Shown: positions 61,398 to 64,000 of the stretch, piece by piece
How the letters are laid out: the number at the start of each line of letters is the position of its first letter
Position numbering within the stretch: the stretch's first letter is position 1
Assembly (NCBI GenBank): GCA_015680685.1
Contig: MNCI01002616.1
Span: forward strand, 1-64,000
Direction: 5' to 3'
From: Gnetum montanum
Lineage: Eukaryota; Plantae; Gnetophyta
Length of the DNA stretch: 64,000 nucleotides
Notes under the pieces: generated by a model
What the model saw: the letters and a program-made list of their open reading frames with translations, nothing else
Databases searched by the model: none
What the model was told of the DNA's origin: nothing
Translations under genes and position numbers: made by a program

Positions 61398-64000
61398 GTG
61401 CTTGACGAAAGCAATCCAGTATGTTCTAAGTATCAATCCTTGCATGTCTACACTAATCCTCTCAACGCCAACAACACAGGTTACATCATCAACACCATTG
61501 ACATTGACAGTAATCCTAGACTACCCCAGTGGCCATTTGTGGTCCATGTGCCTTAGTGTAGCATACCAGCACCACCAACAACCAATCAAAGTCTACACCA
61601 ACCTTTTTTCTTGAGAGTCCCTCCTCGAGAATCCACCCCTATACCACCTATTAGCAGAATCACACCACTACGTACACTAACATCACTAGCTCCATTCATT
61701 ATCAGGGGGCTAGCCCATTCAATAGCACTCGCCCACATAAGATAGCTTTACAACCTTCTCGTCCTAAGAAACAGGAAGTGCACTTCACGGGTGAGACTTC
61801 AAGGGAAAGTACCATCCTAGGTACTTCCAAGCCTACGTCCTCACCTCCTACATCTAGGCCTTCATCACCAAAAGATGAAGTTTCTACCCATGCACGGTCT
61901 TCACCACCTCATCCAATAAGGGTTGAACCTAGACCTGAAACTATCCCTCCTCAGGAAATTCATCTTCTGGGACGAATAGAAGAGGAGAAAGGTAGTAAAT
62001 CAGAAAGTGGCCAAGACCTCCTAAGCGTTGTCACCCAGGTCAAGTAAGCTCTAAAATAGAAAAACACTACGCTGAGCCTATACGACCTAATCATGACATC
62101 TACTGTGCACCGTAAGGCTTTGGTATGCATGTTAACGGTAATTCCTGTCAACGAGAACATGCCAACAGAAGAGAAGGTGATCCATTCGGTCATGCTTCGT
62201 TTTGCGCCTGTGGACCCTCAGCCATCCCAATTGACTTTTTTCGATGATTCCATTAGGGAAGATCCTAAAAAGGGTCAGGTGACCACAACAACCTTGTTCA
62301 TCACAATTTGGGTTGACCAACATAAGATCTGAAGGGTACACCTTGATGATGGGGTTGCTACAAATGTCATCCCTTTCCCTATTGTGGATAAGTTGGGTTT
62401 GGTTGACTAGATCAGGCCCACAACAACATCCTGTTTAAAGTCATTCAATGGGGAACAAGTCGTAGTGAAGGGCACGATCCATATAGATTTCATGGTAGGG
62501 GACTAGTTCCCCACAAACGTAACATTCATCATGGTTGAAGAGATTCCTAGGTTAAACCTGATCTTGGGGAGGTCATGGTTAGCACAACTTAGAGTTGTCT
62601 CTTCACCCATCCATGAGGAGATCCATCTACCCTATGCAGATAGGGAGGTGATGATCCATGATGATGAGGTAGCAATGCAAGCTATCAATAATATAGATAT
62701 GGAGTAGGGCTCAGAGGTCATAACCTTTGGGAATGAAGCACCTGTCTCTATAGATACTAACCGCCCAACAATAGAGCCAACTCAACAAGCTAGTTCAGAA
62801 GACAAAAATGCGTGGACTGAGTTGCCCTTCCAAGTGGAGGATAATGATGTAGATGAAGGTCCTGGCAAAGTGCCTTGGCCTTACGCCTTGCCCAATCCAC
62901 GATGGGTCAAGAAGAAATTACGCATAGTGTAGCAACCCTACTACTTCTTGCCCAATTTCCATCCTTTGTACATTTACCATCTTTCTGTTTTGCATCCATC
63001 GATCTATGCTAGGAACTAGTTAACTGTTCTTTAAATCGTTAGTGTATCATTCCTCTACCATCCGATGGCCCAAAATGGCCTAAAACTAGTGGTGGCTAGA
63101 AATGGCCTAAAACTATGCTGCTACACTATGGCATGAAACGGTCTAAAGCTATGTCTTAGCAATGGCCTGAAATGGCCTAAAACTACACTGCTATCCGATG
63201 GCCCGAAATGGCCTAAAACTAGCAATGGCCCAATATGGCCTAAAACTAGGAGGGGCCTAAAATGACCTAAAACTGGCAATGGCCCGAAATGGCCTAAAAC
63301 TAAAACATAAAAAAGAAAAAACATAACATTGCATTAAACCAATTTCAAAATTTTCTTCCTTCATTAAGTGTTTTCCAATGTTTGCAAAAGTTTTACAAAA
63401 AATCCAAAATTTCAAAAAACCCCATGATATCATGGGTCATCTTCTCTTGCATCATCTTCACCTGCATCCTCTGCTCCTACTTCATTTCCTTCTACTTCAG
63501 CTTCCTCTGCATTACCTTCTTTTACCCCTTCATTACTGCCCTCTGCGGGCCCTGCATCTTCATCTAGAATCTACATTTTTGAAAAGTGAGTTAGTCAGCT
63601 AGTGCAACATTTGAAAGCTAGAATAGAGTATGAGCATGTTCGAGTAAAATTCAAACATAGCGTAGCAAGATTAGCATTTTAGCACATAGCGTAGCAAACT
63701 AGCATCTTAGCAGATAGCGTAGTATGATTCCCTTTATGCATATAGTGTAGCAAAAAACACGAAGGTAATAGCATAGCAAAATTAGCTTAGCGTAGCAACC
63801 AAGCAATTAGCATCACACGTGCTACACTGTCATATCACACATGGTCAAACCCCTCTAAGGGTCCTACGCTATGCTGTTTAGATGCCAAGTGGCTTAAATC
63901 GTACAAGCCTCTATGGTAATGATAGCTACAACAATCGCGGTCTAGGCCACCTTGCAGGAAACCTTAGCATAGAGTCTGTACATCCATCGTGGCCGAAATG
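61398..64000 (+). mobile_element. Second, internally deleted copy of family D (end of gag, protease, repeat array, remnant of the antisense gene)
   Basis: 61398-63637 aligns with about 47543-49783; 63634-64000 aligns with 53593-about 53980. Confidence 0.88.

Overview
Eukaryotic, most likely land-plant, heterochromatin. The window is almost entirely nested, decayed LTR retrotransposons showing heavy CG/CHG C>T decay; I found no intact host gene, rRNA, tRNA or CRISPR array. From left to right: two Athila-like 3' ends/LTRs (1-3174); degenerate minisatellites; a Copia-type non-autonomous element (from 8956) interrupted by a full-length decayed CRM-like chromovirus (10450-17604, minus) that carries a solo LTR in its RT; a pol-less SIRE-like Copia (23988-35031, minus, TSD ACAGG/ATAGG) with an inverted same-family copy inside; and three nested Tat-clade Gypsy elements with an extra RNase H (35999-64000). 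Main finding: the plus-strand Tat element (from 42777) has gag-protease separated from RT-RH-aRH-INT by about 6 kb. That spacer holds an antisense gene with a TATA box and multiple exons (GT-AG introns, reading phase conserved). It encodes an FCP1/NIF-type CTD-phosphatase-like domain lacking the catalytic aspartates, followed by a plant-transposon accessory domain, acidic linkers and a coiled coil. Second finding: each Athila-like LTR holds four covarying twin-internal-loop RNA modules. All domain calls are by-eye motif recognition, not database searches.
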